Assembly (NCBI GenBank): GCA_038525585.1
Contig: JBCBHM010000007.1
Coordinates: forward strand, 13,945 to 77,944
Direction of reading: 5' to 3'
Source: Pseudomonadota bacterium
GTDB taxonomy: Bacteria > Pseudomonadota > Alphaproteobacteria > Rhodobacterales > Rhodobacteraceae
Length of the DNA stretch: 64,000 bases
In this document: positions 36,383 to 47,204 of the stretch, piece by piece
How positions within the stretch are numbered: position 1 is the first letter of the stretch
How the letters are laid out: each line of letters opens with the position of its first letter
Program-made: the position numbers and the translations under genes
Notes under the pieces: model-generated
The model's input: the letters and a program-made list of their open reading frames with translations, nothing else
The model's database searches: none
What the model was told of the DNA's origin: nothing

Positions 36383-37540
36383 TTAGCTCCACTTGGACAC
36401 GCACGGGATCTTGGTCGTATCGCAGCGGTCCTTGTATTTCTGGGCGATCTCGCGCACCTCGGCCAGCACGCCGTCCGACAGCTTGATCGGCTCGAGCCCC
36501 AAGCCCAAGAAGCGATCATTCGCCACGTGCAGGTCGTTTTCCGCCGCCTCGTTGCGAGGGTTGTCCAGATAGGCAATTTCTGCGCCCATCAGATCGTGGA
36601 TCATCTGTGCCAGATCCCGCACCCGATGGGTTTCGGTCATCTGGTTAAGGATGTTCACGCGTTCGCCCTTTTGCGGCGGGTTTTCCAGCGCCAGCTCAAT
36701 GCAGCGGCACGTATCCTGGATGTGGATGAACGCGCGGGTCTGTCCGCCTGTGCCATGTACGGTCATCGGGTATTCCACCGCCGCCTGCATCAGGAACCGA
36801 TTCAGCACGGTGCCGTAATCACCATCGTAGTCAAAGCGGTTGATGAGCCGGTCATCCATGCGCGTCTCGTCTGTTTGGGTGCCCCAAACAATGCCCTGGT
36901 GCAGATCGGTGATCTTGACCCCATCATTCTTGTTATAAAAGTGGAAGAACAGCTGATCCTGGCTTTTGGTCATGTGATAGATCGAGCCGGGGTTCGTGGG
37001 ATAGAGGATTTCCTGTTCGCTCTCGCCCTCGGGCGTGTCGATGCGCACTTTCAGATAGCCCTCGGGGATCTGCATGCCGGCGGTGCCATAGCCGTACACC
37101 CCCATGGTGCCCAGGTGCACCAGGTGGATATCAAGTCCCGATTCCACGATCGCGGCCAGCACGTCATTTGTGGCGTTGAGGTTGTTGGAAACTGTATAGC
37201 GTTTGTGGGTGCTCGACTTCATCGAATAGGGGGCTGCGCGCTGCTCGGCAAAGTGGATGACGGCATCAGGCTCTTCTTCTTTGAAGAGTGTCAGCAGACG
37301 GTGATAGTGTTCGCCCACGGTGAAGTTTTCGAACTTGATTTCCTTGCCGGTCAGTTCCTTCCAGACCCGCAGGCGTTCGCCGATGGGGCGGATGGGGGTG
37401 AGGCTGTCCACCTCGAGCTCGACGTCGATATTCCGGCGGCTGAGGTTGTCGACAATGATGACATCGTGCCCGCGCTGCGACAGGTGCAGTGCGTTGGGCC
37501 AGCCACAAAACCCGTCTCCGCCCAAAATAACAATCTTCAT
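36383..37540 (-). CDS. sqdB: UDP-sulfoquinovose synthase
   Basis: 385 aa: [15 protein letters not shown]..., [27 protein letters not shown] (YxxxK), [33 protein letters not shown] recognise this as the strongly conserved SqdB/SQD1 sequence. Confidence 0.88.
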   Translation of the reverse strand: MKIVILGGDGFCGWPNALHLSQRGHDVIIVDNLSRRNIDVELEVDSLTPIRPIGERLRVWKELTGKEIKFENFTVGEHYHRLLTLFKEEEPDAVIHFAEQRAAPYSMKSSTHKRYTVSNNLNATNDVLAAIVESGLDIHLVHLGTMGVYGYGTAGMQIPEGYLKVRIDTPEGESEQEILYPTNPGSIYHMTKSQDQLFFHFYNKNDGVKITDLHQGIVWGTQTDETRMDDRLINRFDYDGDYGTVLNRFLMQAAVEYPMTVHGTGGQTRAFIHIQDTCRCIELALENPPQKGERVNILNQMTETHRVRDLAQMIHDLMGAEIAYLDNPRNEAAENDLHVANDRFLGLGLEPIKLSDGVLAEVREIAQKYKDRCDTTKIPCVSKWS

Positions 37541-38148
37541 ATTGATGTCCTACAATCTAGCCAACGTCGGGGACGTATCTCCCAAATTGGCGTGAAGTAA
37601 AAGCCTAAACCTATGAGTACGGCGGATGTTAGCGTGGGCTAAGGTTCTGATGCAGGAGAGGTTCGTCACGTAGGCAGATAACTGGCTGCTTGAACTTGAT
37701 CCCAGATGGAACATTCTTCTTCCAGAGGAACGAAGGTGCTGTGTCGCCAATCCGCCGACTTGATCAACTTACTCTCGTGGCGCGGTGTCATTCGTTAGTT
37801 CAGATCTGGTTGTGCAAGACTGAGCGAACTGGCTTGCCATAGCTCGAGATCTATGGATTTAACTCAGTCTGAGCTTCCAGACGTGCGTGGCTGTGTCTGA
37901 TATGAAAGTTGGTGCTGCAAACAACCGTGCGTGATTTTGAGGTGACCGCAGTGAAACGGCGTGTCACAAAGACCTCGATGCATCGGCGCAGACAAAGCTG
38001 GGCAAAAACCGAGCAACATGACGATTGTTTTTACTTGCGGAACTTTTGACTTGTTTCATGAATATCGAGTTCAAACGTTATTGCGCTTCACACAATGTAA
38101 ACAGTTCTTTATTTTGTATTGAACTGACATCCATACGGGCATAGCGAA

Positions 38149-39534
38149 ATGAGCAAGCTAGATGAAATAAAGCAGAATTTCCTTGACGGGAAAAAAATAA
38201 TAAGCCCCAAACACATTTCGAGTTCAGACCGTCAACTTGCAGCTGACTTGTTTCAAAACTTGGAAGAAGTTTCAATTGTGGAAGACAATGCGCTTCGTCG
38301 AAAGATGGTCCATTTCCTTCTCCAGGTAATCTACTATTCAGAGGGTTATGATGGATATCAAAATGCATTTTTATTGATCACGCAAAAGATATCAGAAGCG
38401 GACTGGATCTCGGCGCATCTTGATATCCTGACAGCTGATGCGCGATTTGACGATCTGCTAAAGCTCACCAAGGAGCGTGCTGAAAGAGCCCCAAACAATC
38501 ATTGGATTTGGCGACGTCATTTGCATTCCTTACTCGCTGCCGCAGAGGTAGCTGAAGCGATTACTTTTGCTGAGGATCGTATCAAAAAGATTTATTTTGA
38601 AAATCCAAAAAGTCTCATACATAACAGTTTACGCACAGCTATACGGCTGCTTGTTTCCGTTAAATCCTTCAATACGATCGTCAAACAGTATTCAAAAGCG
38701 TCTGAAGAGATCGCACACCACCTGGGGGGCACAATACCTGAGCCAACAATGGTTGAGCAGGATGAAAGCGTATTTCAGATTTATGTGCTGAACCTCGACC
38801 GCGATGCGCACCGTTTTCGTCGTTTTAAAGGGCTACTGAACGGAAAACACCTTGTTAACCGTGTGCCGGGTGTTCCGGGCGCGTCCGTGCCACGTGCCCT
38901 AACGAATGCTGCCGGATTAAAGATCGATGTTCCTAGACCAGCAATGATTGGGTGTCATTTGTCGCATTTGCACGCATGGGAAAAGATTTCCATGTCCTGC
39001 GAACCCGGTGAATATGCCTTGGTTATGGAAGACGATGCGCAGTTTGTTTTCGGGCCGGGCGCTGGCCTTGACAGAGCAGCCAACATTGCGCGCACAAACG
39101 GGTTGGATTTAATGTTCATCAACGAAAACGCTGTGAAAGCAGCGCAAAATTTGAATGCTCGTGATGTCTATAGTCCTGACGAAGTTTTCTTCAACCTAGA
39201 TCGTGGTGCTAAAGCTCCAAAAACGTGGGGTGGAGAGGCTTACATGGTTTCCGCAGAAGGCGCCAAGAAGCTAATCCAATTTGAGCTAAAACTAGGCATT
39301 GTAGCTCCATTGGATTACCAGCTGGCCTTGTGCGGAATAAAAGATCTAAACAACGTGGATCCGGATTGTGTATATGGTAATCTGGCAAAACAAATATCTA
39401 ATAGCAGTAACTTGCCTAAAATTCATTCAGCGATTTATAGCATGCCTTTGGCGCTGGCAATGCCATATGGCTTTATATCACATTTAATGGAGCAAATTTC
39501 CTTCAAACAATCTGTCGTTACACATAATGAATGA
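38149..39534 (+). CDS. Family 25 glycosyltransferase with N-terminal helical (TPR-like) domain, low GC
   Basis: The C-terminal half FQIYVLNLDRDAHRFRRF...VPGVPGA...MIGCHLSHLHAWEKI...YALVMEDDAQF matches Glyco_transf_25 blocks. The N-terminal ~200 aa are helical repeats. A spot count on line 38161-38220 gave 21/60 G+C. Confidence 0.6.
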   Translation: MSKLDEIKQNFLDGKKIISPKHISSSDRQLAADLFQNLEEVSIVEDNALRRKMVHFLLQVIYYSEGYDGYQNAFLLITQKISEADWISAHLDILTADARFDDLLKLTKERAERAPNNHWIWRRHLHSLLAAAEVAEAITFAEDRIKKIYFENPKSLIHNSLRTAIRLLVSVKSFNTIVKQYSKASEEIAHHLGGTIPEPTMVEQDESVFQIYVLNLDRDAHRFRRFKGLLNGKHLVNRVPGVPGASVPRALTNAAGLKIDVPRPAMIGCHLSHLHAWEKISMSCEPGEYALVMEDDAQFVFGPGAGLDRAANIARTNGLDLMFINENAVKAAQNLNARDVYSPDEVFFNLDRGAKAPKTWGGEAYMVSAEGAKKLIQFELKLGIVAPLDYQLALCGIKDLNNVDPDCVYGNLAKQISNSSNLPKIHSAIYSMPLALAMPYGFISHLMEQISFKQSVVTHNE

Positions 39535-39703
39535 CGAAAAAATGGGCAATGCAAACCCTTTCAACGGGCGAGCGAGATCATTTTCCACTTGTGGTCTTCA
39601 AGCGAAAATCCCACGCTGTCGTGCGATTAGTTCAGTGTCAGGTCAGTGTTTCTGGCGATCTGGATGTTACCCCAGTTGGCATCGTTGCCGTACGTGATGT
39701 TCC

Positions 39704-39825
39704 TGATCCCGCCCCCTGAAGTGGTCCTTCGCTATGTTTAGGAAAACTGAGGAAACACATGGCCAACGAGCGATCAAAGGCCGAAGAGACTGTCACGAAG
39801 TTGCGGCAGGTTGCGGTCCACCTCG
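39704..39825 (+). mobile_element. IS3-family left-end remnant (same IS type as copies A and B), + orientation
   Basis: TGATCCCGCCCCCTGAAGTGGTCCTTCGCTATGTTTAGGAAAACTGAGGAAACAC ATG GCC AAC GAG..., encoding MANERSKAEETVTKLRQV. Compare copy B: TGATCCTGCCCCACCGAAGTGGTCCTCCGCTACGTTTAAGAAAACGGAGGCAACAC ATG, encoding MANKRPKPEEPVTKLRQV. Homology is lost after about 120 bp. Confidence 0.65.
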
Positions 39826-40568
39826 CGTGATCGGTGTACGCTCTGATCGCGATACTGCTAAGTTTTTCATGCCTATCGTTTCTATGTTTTTCTAGGCACG
39901 CGTACGCCGATCAAAAAATGTACAAATAGTTAGGCCACTTACGCCGACCGCACAGAGTTATGTTGAAACAGGCCTATTGCACGAACCCGTTCAGAACGCC
40001 CAAGTGTCGACTTTTTCTTTGGTCAAACGGCCAGCCCGCACGCCGCGTTGGACACATTGGTTCCACATTTGACACTTGGTTTCGTGTCGTAAACTCGGCC
40101 GATTTTGACCGGGCGGATGATTCCAATCCCGCGGAGCGTTGCGCTATTAGGACGGAGTTTCCCAGGCGCCGTCGATAACCGAGAAGCTGTTTTAACGCAG
40201 AGTGATTGCTCTGGATCCAAATGTTCCGCCATTTCTTGTCAATACCCTTGACGCTTCTGAAAAACGGGGGGTGCGGTTTGGTTTACCTTAGGCGGAGCAT
40301 CACGTGCGTGGGTGATCAAGACGCGGTTCGAGATGGGAGCGTCAATTGGCATCCTGCGCACACGGATCAGGCTGCGGTGGCAGAACCGTGCCTTATGCAT
40401 GGGGATGGCCACGGATTTTTGCATAATGCCGACCTCGATGCAGGCGTGCAGACAAGCCTGACTATCCTGAGAAAGACGCTGGAAACCTGCCGACCGAACC
40501 ACAACTGCGCAAATTGATACCACGTTGCGCGCTTCGAGAAGAGAGAGGCGCGCGCTGCAACGGTATCG

Positions 40569-42239
40569 TTAGCGCTTCAGAATTCCGGGAAGGTTCAGCC
40601 CTTTTTCCCGCGCGCAGTCCAGCGCGTCCGCATAGCCTGCATCGGCGTGGCGCATGACGCCCGTGGCCGGATCGTTCCACAGCACGTTGGCAATGCGGCG
40701 GTCCGCATCGTCGCTTCCGTCGCAACAGATCACCATGCCCGAATGCTGGGAAAAGCCCATACCGACGCCCCCGCCGTGGTGAATGGACACCCAAGTGGCG
40801 CCCCCGGCCACGTTCAGCATCGCATTCAGCAGCGGCCAGTCGGACACCGCGTCAGAGCCATCCTTCATCGCCTCCGTCTCGCGGTTGGGCGAGGCGACAG
40901 AGCCACTGTCGAGGTGGTCGCGGCCGATGACGACGGGGGCCGACAGCTCTCCGGTGCGGACCATGTCGTTGAAGGCCAGACCCAGCTTGTCGCGCAGGCC
41001 GAGCCCCACCCAGCAGATCCGCGCGGGCAAGCCCTGGAACGCGATCCTTTCGCGCGCCATGTCGAGCCAGTTGTGCAGGTGCGGATCGTCGATGATTTCC
41101 TTCACCTTGGCGTCGGTCTTGTAGATATCTTCCGGGTCGCCGGACAGGGCGCACCAGCGGAACGGGCCGACGCCCCGGCAAAACAGCGGGCGGATATAGG
41201 CGGGCACGAAACCGGGGAAGGCAAAGGCATTTTCCAGCCCCTCCTCCTGCGCGACCTGCCGGATGTTGTTGCCGTAATCCAGCGTCGGCACACCGGCATT
41301 CCAGAAATCGACCATCGCGGCGACCTGCACCTTCATGCTGGCACGGGCGGCCGCTTCGACCGCCTTCGGATCACTTTCCTGCCGGGCGCGCCAGTCCGCG
41401 ACAGACCAGCCTTGGGGCAGGTAGCCGTGGGTCGGGTCATGGGCAGATGTCTGGTCGGTGACGATGTCGGGCCGCACACCGCGTGCGACCAGTTCGGGAA
41501 ACACGTCCGCCGCATTGCCGATAAGCGCGACGGATTTCGCCTCGCCCGCTTTGGTCCAGCGGTCGATCATCTTGAGCGCATCGTCCAGCGTGTGGGTCTC
41601 TTCATCCACATAGCGCGTGCGCAGGCGGAAATCGGCACGTGTCTCATCGCATTCCACGGCCAAACAGCAGGCCCCCGCCATCACCGCCGCCAGCGGTTGC
41701 GCGCCGCCCATGCCGCCAAGCCCCGCGGTCAGGATCCAGCGTCCCTTGAGGTCACCATCGTAATGCTGCCGCCCGGCTTCCATGAAGGTCTCGTAGGTGC
41801 CCTGTACGATGCCCTGCGTGCCGATATAGATCCAGGACCCGGCGGTCATCTGTCCGTACATCGCCAGGCCGCGCTGATCGAGCGCGTTGAAATGGTCCCA
41901 CGTCGCCCAATGCGGCACGAGGTTTGAATTTGCGATCAGCACGCGCGGCGCGTCCTTGTGGGTGTTAAACACGCCGACCGGCTTGCCCGACTGCACCAGC
42001 AAGGTCTGCGTGTCCTCCAGATCCTTGAGTGCGGCGATGATGGCGTCGAAATCCGCCCATGTCCGGGCCGCGCGTCCGATGCCGCCATAGACGACCAGCT
42101 CGTGCGGGTTTTCGGCCACGTCCGGGTGCAGGTTGTTCATCAGCATCCGCATCGGGGCCTCGGTCAGCCAGCTTTTTGCAGTGATCTCGGGGCCCGTGGG
42201 CGGGAAGACGTCACGCTGGTTGTGGCGGGGATCGGTCAT
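40569..42239 (-). CDS. hutU: Urocanate hydratase
   Basis: 556 aa with canonical urocanase sequence ([31 protein letters not shown]). Confidence 0.95.
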   Translation of the reverse strand: MTDPRHNQRDVFPPTGPEITAKSWLTEAPMRMLMNNLHPDVAENPHELVVYGGIGRAARTWADFDAIIAALKDLEDTQTLLVQSGKPVGVFNTHKDAPRVLIANSNLVPHWATWDHFNALDQRGLAMYGQMTAGSWIYIGTQGIVQGTYETFMEAGRQHYDGDLKGRWILTAGLGGMGGAQPLAAVMAGACCLAVECDETRADFRLRTRYVDEETHTLDDALKMIDRWTKAGEAKSVALIGNAADVFPELVARGVRPDIVTDQTSAHDPTHGYLPQGWSVADWRARQESDPKAVEAAARASMKVQVAAMVDFWNAGVPTLDYGNNIRQVAQEEGLENAFAFPGFVPAYIRPLFCRGVGPFRWCALSGDPEDIYKTDAKVKEIIDDPHLHNWLDMARERIAFQGLPARICWVGLGLRDKLGLAFNDMVRTGELSAPVVIGRDHLDSGSVASPNRETEAMKDGSDAVSDWPLLNAMLNVAGGATWVSIHHGGGVGMGFSQHSGMVICCDGSDDADRRIANVLWNDPATGVMRHADAGYADALDCAREKGLNLPGILKR

Positions 42240-43033
42240 GAGGCACCTCCGAGGGTTGGGGCAAGAGCGGCGAGAGCGGACAGGATCCGGGCGAGGATCG
42301 GGCGCACCGTGGCCGCCTTGGCGGCGTCATAGGCCCAAGGCTCTGCCTCGGTCGTCAGATAGGTGGACTGCGCCAGTTCCATCTGGATTGCATGCAGACC
42401 GTCGGCCGGGAGTCCATAGTGCCGCGTGGTCCAGCCGCCCTTGAAGTGTTCGTTGATGGCGAGGCTGTAGGGCGCACTTTTGCACAAAGCGACCGCTGTG
42501 GCCTCTATCTGCGGGGCGCAGGTCGTGCCAGCATTGGTGCCGATGTTGAGATCCGGGAGGGTGCCATCGAAGAGGAACGGGATATGCGCGCGGATCGAGT
42601 GGCAATCATACAGGATTGCAACGCCGTGCAGATCGCGTACACGGACCAGTTCCTGCATGAGCGCCGCGTGATAAGGCGCGTGGAACGCCGCGCGGCGGGC
42701 TTCGACCTCGGCCGCAGTAGGCGGTATGTCCCAGATGTCCTGGCCGTCGAAATCTGTGAGCGGCACGAGCGTCGTGGTGTTCTGACCGGGATAGAGGCTT
42801 GCTCCGGCAGGATCGCGGTTGGCGTCTATCACATACCGGTGGAAATTGGCCGTGACCGTCGTCGCACCGGGTGCGAGACCCTCGTATAGCTGGTCGATAT
42901 GCCAATCGGTATCGGCCAAAGTCCTGCCCCGGGCGTTCAGCCTGTCGGCGATCTCTGCAGGCACATGCGTACCCGTATGCGGCAGGCCCAAAATGATGGG
43001 CCTGTCCCCGCGCGTGATGCTGACCGGGGTCAT
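42236..43033 (-). CDS. hutG: N-formylglutamate amidohydrolase
   Basis: 265 aa. [14 protein letters not shown]...YVIDANRD...DCHS is the FGase family pattern. ATGA overlaps with both hutU and hutH. Confidence 0.85.
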   Translation of the reverse strand: MTPVSITRGDRPIILGLPHTGTHVPAEIADRLNARGRTLADTDWHIDQLYEGLAPGATTVTANFHRYVIDANRDPAGASLYPGQNTTTLVPLTDFDGQDIWDIPPTAAEVEARRAAFHAPYHAALMQELVRVRDLHGVAILYDCHSIRAHIPFLFDGTLPDLNIGTNAGTTCAPQIEATAVALCKSAPYSLAINEHFKGGWTTRHYGLPADGLHAIQMELAQSTYLTTEAEPWAYDAAKAATVRPILARILSALAALAPTLGGAS

Positions 43034-44571
43034 GTCGCGTGGCCCAGCACGAAGGCGGGCAGATCGACGGCACCGACCAGCTTACCGTCCCGCACGAGGC
43101 CACTCGCCGCTTCGATCGACGGCGCCATGTAGCGGTCATCCTCGATCCTCGGAACCTCCGCGCGCAGCACGGCCATCGCCGCCTGCAAAGGCGCGCTGGT
43201 CCGAAGCGGCGCGCGGAACTCGATGCCTTGCGCGCCGCACATCGCCTCCACCCCGAGGATCACGTTGAGATTGCGGTTCATCCGTTCCAGCCGCCGGGCC
43301 GCGTGGGCGGCCATGCTGACGTGATCCTCCTGATTGGCTGAGGTTGGGGTCGAGTCGATCGTGCACGGGTTGGCCAGGTGCTTGTTCTCGCTCATCAGCG
43401 CGGCGGTCGTGACCTCGGCGATCATCAGGCCGGAGTTGAGGCCGGGGTTCGGTGTCAGGAAGGGCGGCAGATCGAAGCTGAGCGTCGGATCCACCATAAG
43501 GGCCACCCGGCGCTGCGCGATGGCGCCGATCTCAGACAGGGCGACCGCGATTTGATCCGCGGCAAATCCGACGGGTTCCGCATGGAAATTCCCGCCTGAT
43601 ACGATCAGCCCGGCGTCCACCAGCACCAGCGGGTTGTCGGTCACGGCGTTGGCTTCGACCTCCAGCGCGCGGGCTGCAAAGTGCAGCAGATCCATCGCCG
43701 CCCCGGTGACCTGTGGCTGGCAGCGGATACAGTAGGGATCCTGCACGCGGGTGTCGCCGTCGCGGTGGCTTTCGCGGATCCGGGAGCCCGCCATGAGCGC
43801 CCTTTGCGCCCGCGCCACGGCGATCTGACCCGGATGGCCGCGCAGGGTGTGGATGGCGTCCTGCAGGGGCGCGGTGGAGCCCATGATGGCATCTGTGGAC
43901 AGCGCCCCGGTCAGAACCGACGTCGCCGCGTTCCGCCACGCATCCCACAAGCCCACCAGCGCGCAGGCGGTTGAAAACTGGGTGCCGTTGATCAGTGCGA
44001 GGCCCTCTTTGGGACCAAGGATGATCGGGTTCAGACCTGCCTGCGCCAATGCTTGCTGCGCTGGCATACGCGTGCCGTCGAACGTGGCTTCGCCTGCGCC
44101 GATCATCACGGCGGCCATATGGGCCAGCGGCGCCAGATCGCCCGACGCGCCGACTGAGCCTTGCGTAGGGATGATCGGGGACACGCCGCGCGCCAGCATA
44201 TCCTCGATCATCGTGACCGTACGCCTCGCTACGCCAGAGGCGCCGCGTCCCAGCGACAGCAGCTTGAGGACCATCATCAGCCGGGTGGTGGACACGTCCA
44301 ACGCGTCGCCGACGCCGCAGCAATGGGACAGGATCAGGTTGCGCTGGAGCGTTGCCACATCCTGCGCAGCGATCTTGACGGAGGCGAGTTTGCCAAAGCC
44401 CGTATTCACACCATAAATGGCCGCGTCCCCGGCCGCTGCCGTGGCAACAAGGGCGTGGGCCGCTTCGATCCCGTCGTGGGACGACGGGTGCAACCGCGCT
44501 GCGCGCCCCTGCGCCCAGATGTCTTGCAATTGCGCGAGCGTGGCTTCTCCGGGGGTCAAGGTGACGGTCAC
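43030..44571 (-). CDS. hutH: Histidine ammonia-lyase
   Basis: [11 protein letters not shown] and [14 protein letters not shown] (the MIO-forming ASG triad). I place the start at the GTG (complement of 44569-44571), which overlaps the hutI stop as GTGA and gives 513 aa. The 599-aa track ORF would overlap hutI. Confidence 0.9.
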   Translation of the reverse strand: MTVTLTPGEATLAQLQDIWAQGRAARLHPSSHDGIEAAHALVATAAAGDAAIYGVNTGFGKLASVKIAAQDVATLQRNLILSHCCGVGDALDVSTTRLMMVLKLLSLGRGASGVARRTVTMIEDMLARGVSPIIPTQGSVGASGDLAPLAHMAAVMIGAGEATFDGTRMPAQQALAQAGLNPIILGPKEGLALINGTQFSTACALVGLWDAWRNAATSVLTGALSTDAIMGSTAPLQDAIHTLRGHPGQIAVARAQRALMAGSRIRESHRDGDTRVQDPYCIRCQPQVTGAAMDLLHFAARALEVEANAVTDNPLVLVDAGLIVSGGNFHAEPVGFAADQIAVALSEIGAIAQRRVALMVDPTLSFDLPPFLTPNPGLNSGLMIAEVTTAALMSENKHLANPCTIDSTPTSANQEDHVSMAAHAARRLERMNRNLNVILGVEAMCGAQGIEFRAPLRTSAPLQAAMAVLRAEVPRIEDDRYMAPSIEAASGLVRDGKLVGAVDLPAFVLGHAT

Positions 44572-45761
44572 TGCACGCCCCCGAAGATCCGCGCATGGAG
44601 CGGGTTGAAGCCGATCCGGTACGCCAGTTCCGACGGGTGGTCGACGTCCCAGACGCACAGATCCGCCCGTGCGCCCGGCAGGATACGGCCCCGTTTTGTC
44701 AAACCCAAGGCGCGCCCGGCATGCGCGGTAAAGCCAAGCAGCGCCTCCAGCGGCGTCATGCGAAACAGCGTGCAGGCCATGTTCATCGCCAGCAGCGGCG
44801 AGGCCAGCGGGGAAGAGCCGGGGTTGCAATCCGTGGCCAGCGCCATCGGCACACCGTGCGCGCGGAAGGATTGGATCGGCGGCAGCTGGCGTTCACGCAG
44901 CGTGTAGAAGGCGCCAGGCAGCAGGACGGCAACGGAATGCGCTGCAGCCAGCGCGCGCGCGTCAGCGTCTGTGGCGTATTCTAGGTGATCGGCGCTCAAC
45001 GCGGCACAGCGCGCGGCAAGCGCTGTGCCGCCGCGATGCGACAGCTGCTCGGCATGGAGTTTGACCGGCAGGCCAAGCTGCCGCGCCACGTCAAAGACCC
45101 GCGTGATCTGTTCGGTGTCAAAGGCGATCCCCTCACAGAACCCGTCCACCGCGTCCACCAGCCCTTCGGCATGGGCGGCGCGCAACGCGGGAATGCACAC
45201 CGCGTCGATATAGGCATCCCGGCGGCTTGCGTATTCCGGCGGCACGGCGTGCGCCCCGAGGAAAGTGGTCCGGACCTCCACCGGTCGAACCGTGGCGATG
45301 CGGCGCGCGGTGCGGAGCATTTTCAACTCGGTCTCAAGGTCGAGACCGTAGCCTGATTTCACTTCGATCAGCGTCACGCCCTCGGCGATCATAGCGTCAA
45401 CGCGGCGCAAGGCATCGGCCAGCAGAGTGTCCTCGCTGGCGGCGCGCGTGGCCCGCACGGTTGAGACGATGCCGCCACCTGCGCGGGCGACATCCGCGTA
45501 ACTGGCGCCATTCAGGCGCTGCTCGAACTCTGACGCGCGATTGCCGCCAAACACGATATGCGTGTGGCAATCGATCAGGGCCGGTGTGATCAGACGCCCG
45601 GCAAGGTCCTGTACCTCGTCCGCGCGATGACCGGCGGGCACATCCGCCGCACGACCGACCCAGGCAATGCAGTCCCCGTCCAGGGCGACGGCGCCATCCT
45701 CGATCAGACGGTATTCCTGATCGTCCGCAAGGGTCGCAACGCGCGCATTCGTCAGAAGCAT
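44568..45761 (-). CDS. hutI: Imidazolonepropionase
   Basis: 397 aa amidohydrolase: [33 protein letters not shown]. Confidence 0.9.
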   Translation of the reverse strand: MLLTNARVATLADDQEYRLIEDGAVALDGDCIAWVGRAADVPAGHRADEVQDLAGRLITPALIDCHTHIVFGGNRASEFEQRLNGASYADVARAGGGIVSTVRATRAASEDTLLADALRRVDAMIAEGVTLIEVKSGYGLDLETELKMLRTARRIATVRPVEVRTTFLGAHAVPPEYASRRDAYIDAVCIPALRAAHAEGLVDAVDGFCEGIAFDTEQITRVFDVARQLGLPVKLHAEQLSHRGGTALAARCAALSADHLEYATDADARALAAAHSVAVLLPGAFYTLRERQLPPIQSFRAHGVPMALATDCNPGSSPLASPLLAMNMACTLFRMTPLEALLGFTAHAGRALGLTKRGRILPGARADLCVWDVDHPSELAYRIGFNPLHARIFGGVQ

Positions 45762-45799
45762 GGGGGCGGCTCACTTGCAAAAGACGGTCATTAATGATT

Positions 45800-45815
45800 T
45801 TATGTGCACACATAA
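45800..45815. promoter_or_regulatory. Perfect 7-2-7 inverted repeat in the hutI/hutF divergent intergenic region (candidate HutC operator)
   Basis: TTATGTG ca CACATAA. It lies in the 78-bp gap between divergent hutI and hutF. GntR/HutC-type regulators bind short GT...AC palindromes. Confidence 0.4.
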
Positions 45816-45839
45816 TAACCTGTCAAGCGGAGTGCTTGT

Positions 45840-47204
45840 ATGCAGACGATCTGGGCGGAAACGGCGCTGCTGCCCGCGGGTTGGGCGGCGCAGGTTCGGG
45901 TCAGCGTCGACACCGAAGGCCGCATCAGAACCGTAGAGCAAGACGCGCCCCCGAATGGGATCTGCGTGCAGTTGCTGTTACCGGCGCCGGTCAACGCCCA
46001 CAGTCATGCGTTTCAACGCGCCATGGCTGGCCTGACGGAGGCGCGCGGACCAAACGCGAGGGACAGTTTCTGGACATGGCGGCAGTTGATGTTCCGCTTC
46101 CTCGACCGTCTGACCCCCGAGCATATCGAGGCCATCACCGCGTTCGTGCAGATGGAGATGTTGGAGGCGGGCTACGGCGCGTCCGTCGAATTTCATTACC
46201 TCCACCATCAGCCCGGCGGTGCGCCCTACGATGACGTTGCCGAGATGTCGGCGCGTATCCTGTCCGCGTCCGCGCAGACGGGGATGGGCCTTTGCCTGCT
46301 GCCGGTGCACTATCAATTCGGCGGTTGTGACGGACGCACCCTGGGACCGGGACAAATCCGGTTCGGCAACACCTTCGAGGCCTTTCAGACGCTGCATCAA
46401 TCTGCTGCCAAATATGTTAAAGATGCCGCTGCGGACGCGCGCATTGGCGCCGCACCTCATTCGCTGCGGGCGGTCGGGGTGGACGATCTCAGGGCGTACA
46501 CCACCGCATTTCCATCCGGCCCGATCCACATGCATCTGGCCGAACAGCGGGACGAGGTGGCGGAGGTTGAGGCCCAATGGGGTAAAGGGCCCGTGACATG
46601 GGCCCTCGAACACATGGGGCTCGATGACCGCTGGAGCTTGATCCATTGCACACAGATGACACCGCGCGAGACCGTTGCGCTCGCGCAGACCGGTGCCGTC
46701 GCCGGCCTGTGCCCGATCACCGAAAGCAGCCTGGGCGACGGCATCTTTGACGGGGTGCGATGGTTGGAGGCGGGCGGCAGCATAGCGATCGGGTCGGACA
46801 GCAACATCCGCATTGCGCTGGCCGAGGAAGTGCGCACGCTGGAATATTCCCAGCGCCTGCGCGACGGCACGCGGGCGGCCCTCGCCCTGCCCGACATGTC
46901 GACCGGGCGGCGGCTGTTCGACGCCATCGTTCGCGGCGGGGCGCAGGCCGCGGGCCGCCAGACGGGACGGATCGAAGCGGGGTGCTGGGCGGATCTCATG
47001 GCGCTCGATACGACGTCGGAGCATCTGTGGGGTCGCGAGCGTGATACCGCGCTGGACAGCTGGATTTTTGCGGGCGATGACCGATTGGTGACAGACGTGT
47101 GGTCCGCCGGGCGTCACATGGTATCAGAGGGTCGGCACCGACTGCGTCAGCAGATCGTTGCGGCCTACACACGCACGCTAGACGCCTTGAGAGACGCCCT
47201 ATGA
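45840..47204 (+). CDS. hutF: Formimidoylglutamate deiminase
   Basis: 454 aa amidohydrolase (LLLPAPVNAHSHAFQRAMAG...HMHLAEQ). Its co-occurrence with hutG defines the five-step Hut route. Confidence 0.85.
   Translation: MQTIWAETALLPAGWAAQVRVSVDTEGRIRTVEQDAPPNGICVQLLLPAPVNAHSHAFQRAMAGLTEARGPNARDSFWTWRQLMFRFLDRLTPEHIEAITAFVQMEMLEAGYGASVEFHYLHHQPGGAPYDDVAEMSARILSASAQTGMGLCLLPVHYQFGGCDGRTLGPGQIRFGNTFEAFQTLHQSAAKYVKDAAADARIGAAPHSLRAVGVDDLRAYTTAFPSGPIHMHLAEQRDEVAEVEAQWGKGPVTWALEHMGLDDRWSLIHCTQMTPRETVALAQTGAVAGLCPITESSLGDGIFDGVRWLEAGGSIAIGSDSNIRIALAEEVRTLEYSQRLRDGTRAALALPDMSTGRRLFDAIVRGGAQAAGRQTGRIEAGCWADLMALDTTSEHLWGRERDTALDSWIFAGDDRLVTDVWSAGRHMVSEGRHRLRQQIVAAYTRTLDALRDAL

Noticed and set aside
36145-36576. 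N-terminal 144 codons of the 395-aa cysH track ORF
   Set aside because: This part is Arg/Trp/Cys-rich, overlaps the 3' end of sqdB in another frame, and has no CysH homology. The real start is at MMDPQQ.
36230-37600. 456-aa ORF on the plus strand
   Set aside because: It is antisense to sqdB, whose identity is very clear, and the sequence is low-information and rich in V/H/R/G. It is a shadow ORF.
39531-39719. 62-aa ORF directly after the GT25 gene
   Set aside because: It has no RBS or motif, and its 3' end runs into the IS terminal repeat. It is probably non-coding.
40647-41927. 426-aa ORF on the plus strand
   Set aside because: It is antisense to hutU (urocanase) and is a shadow ORF.
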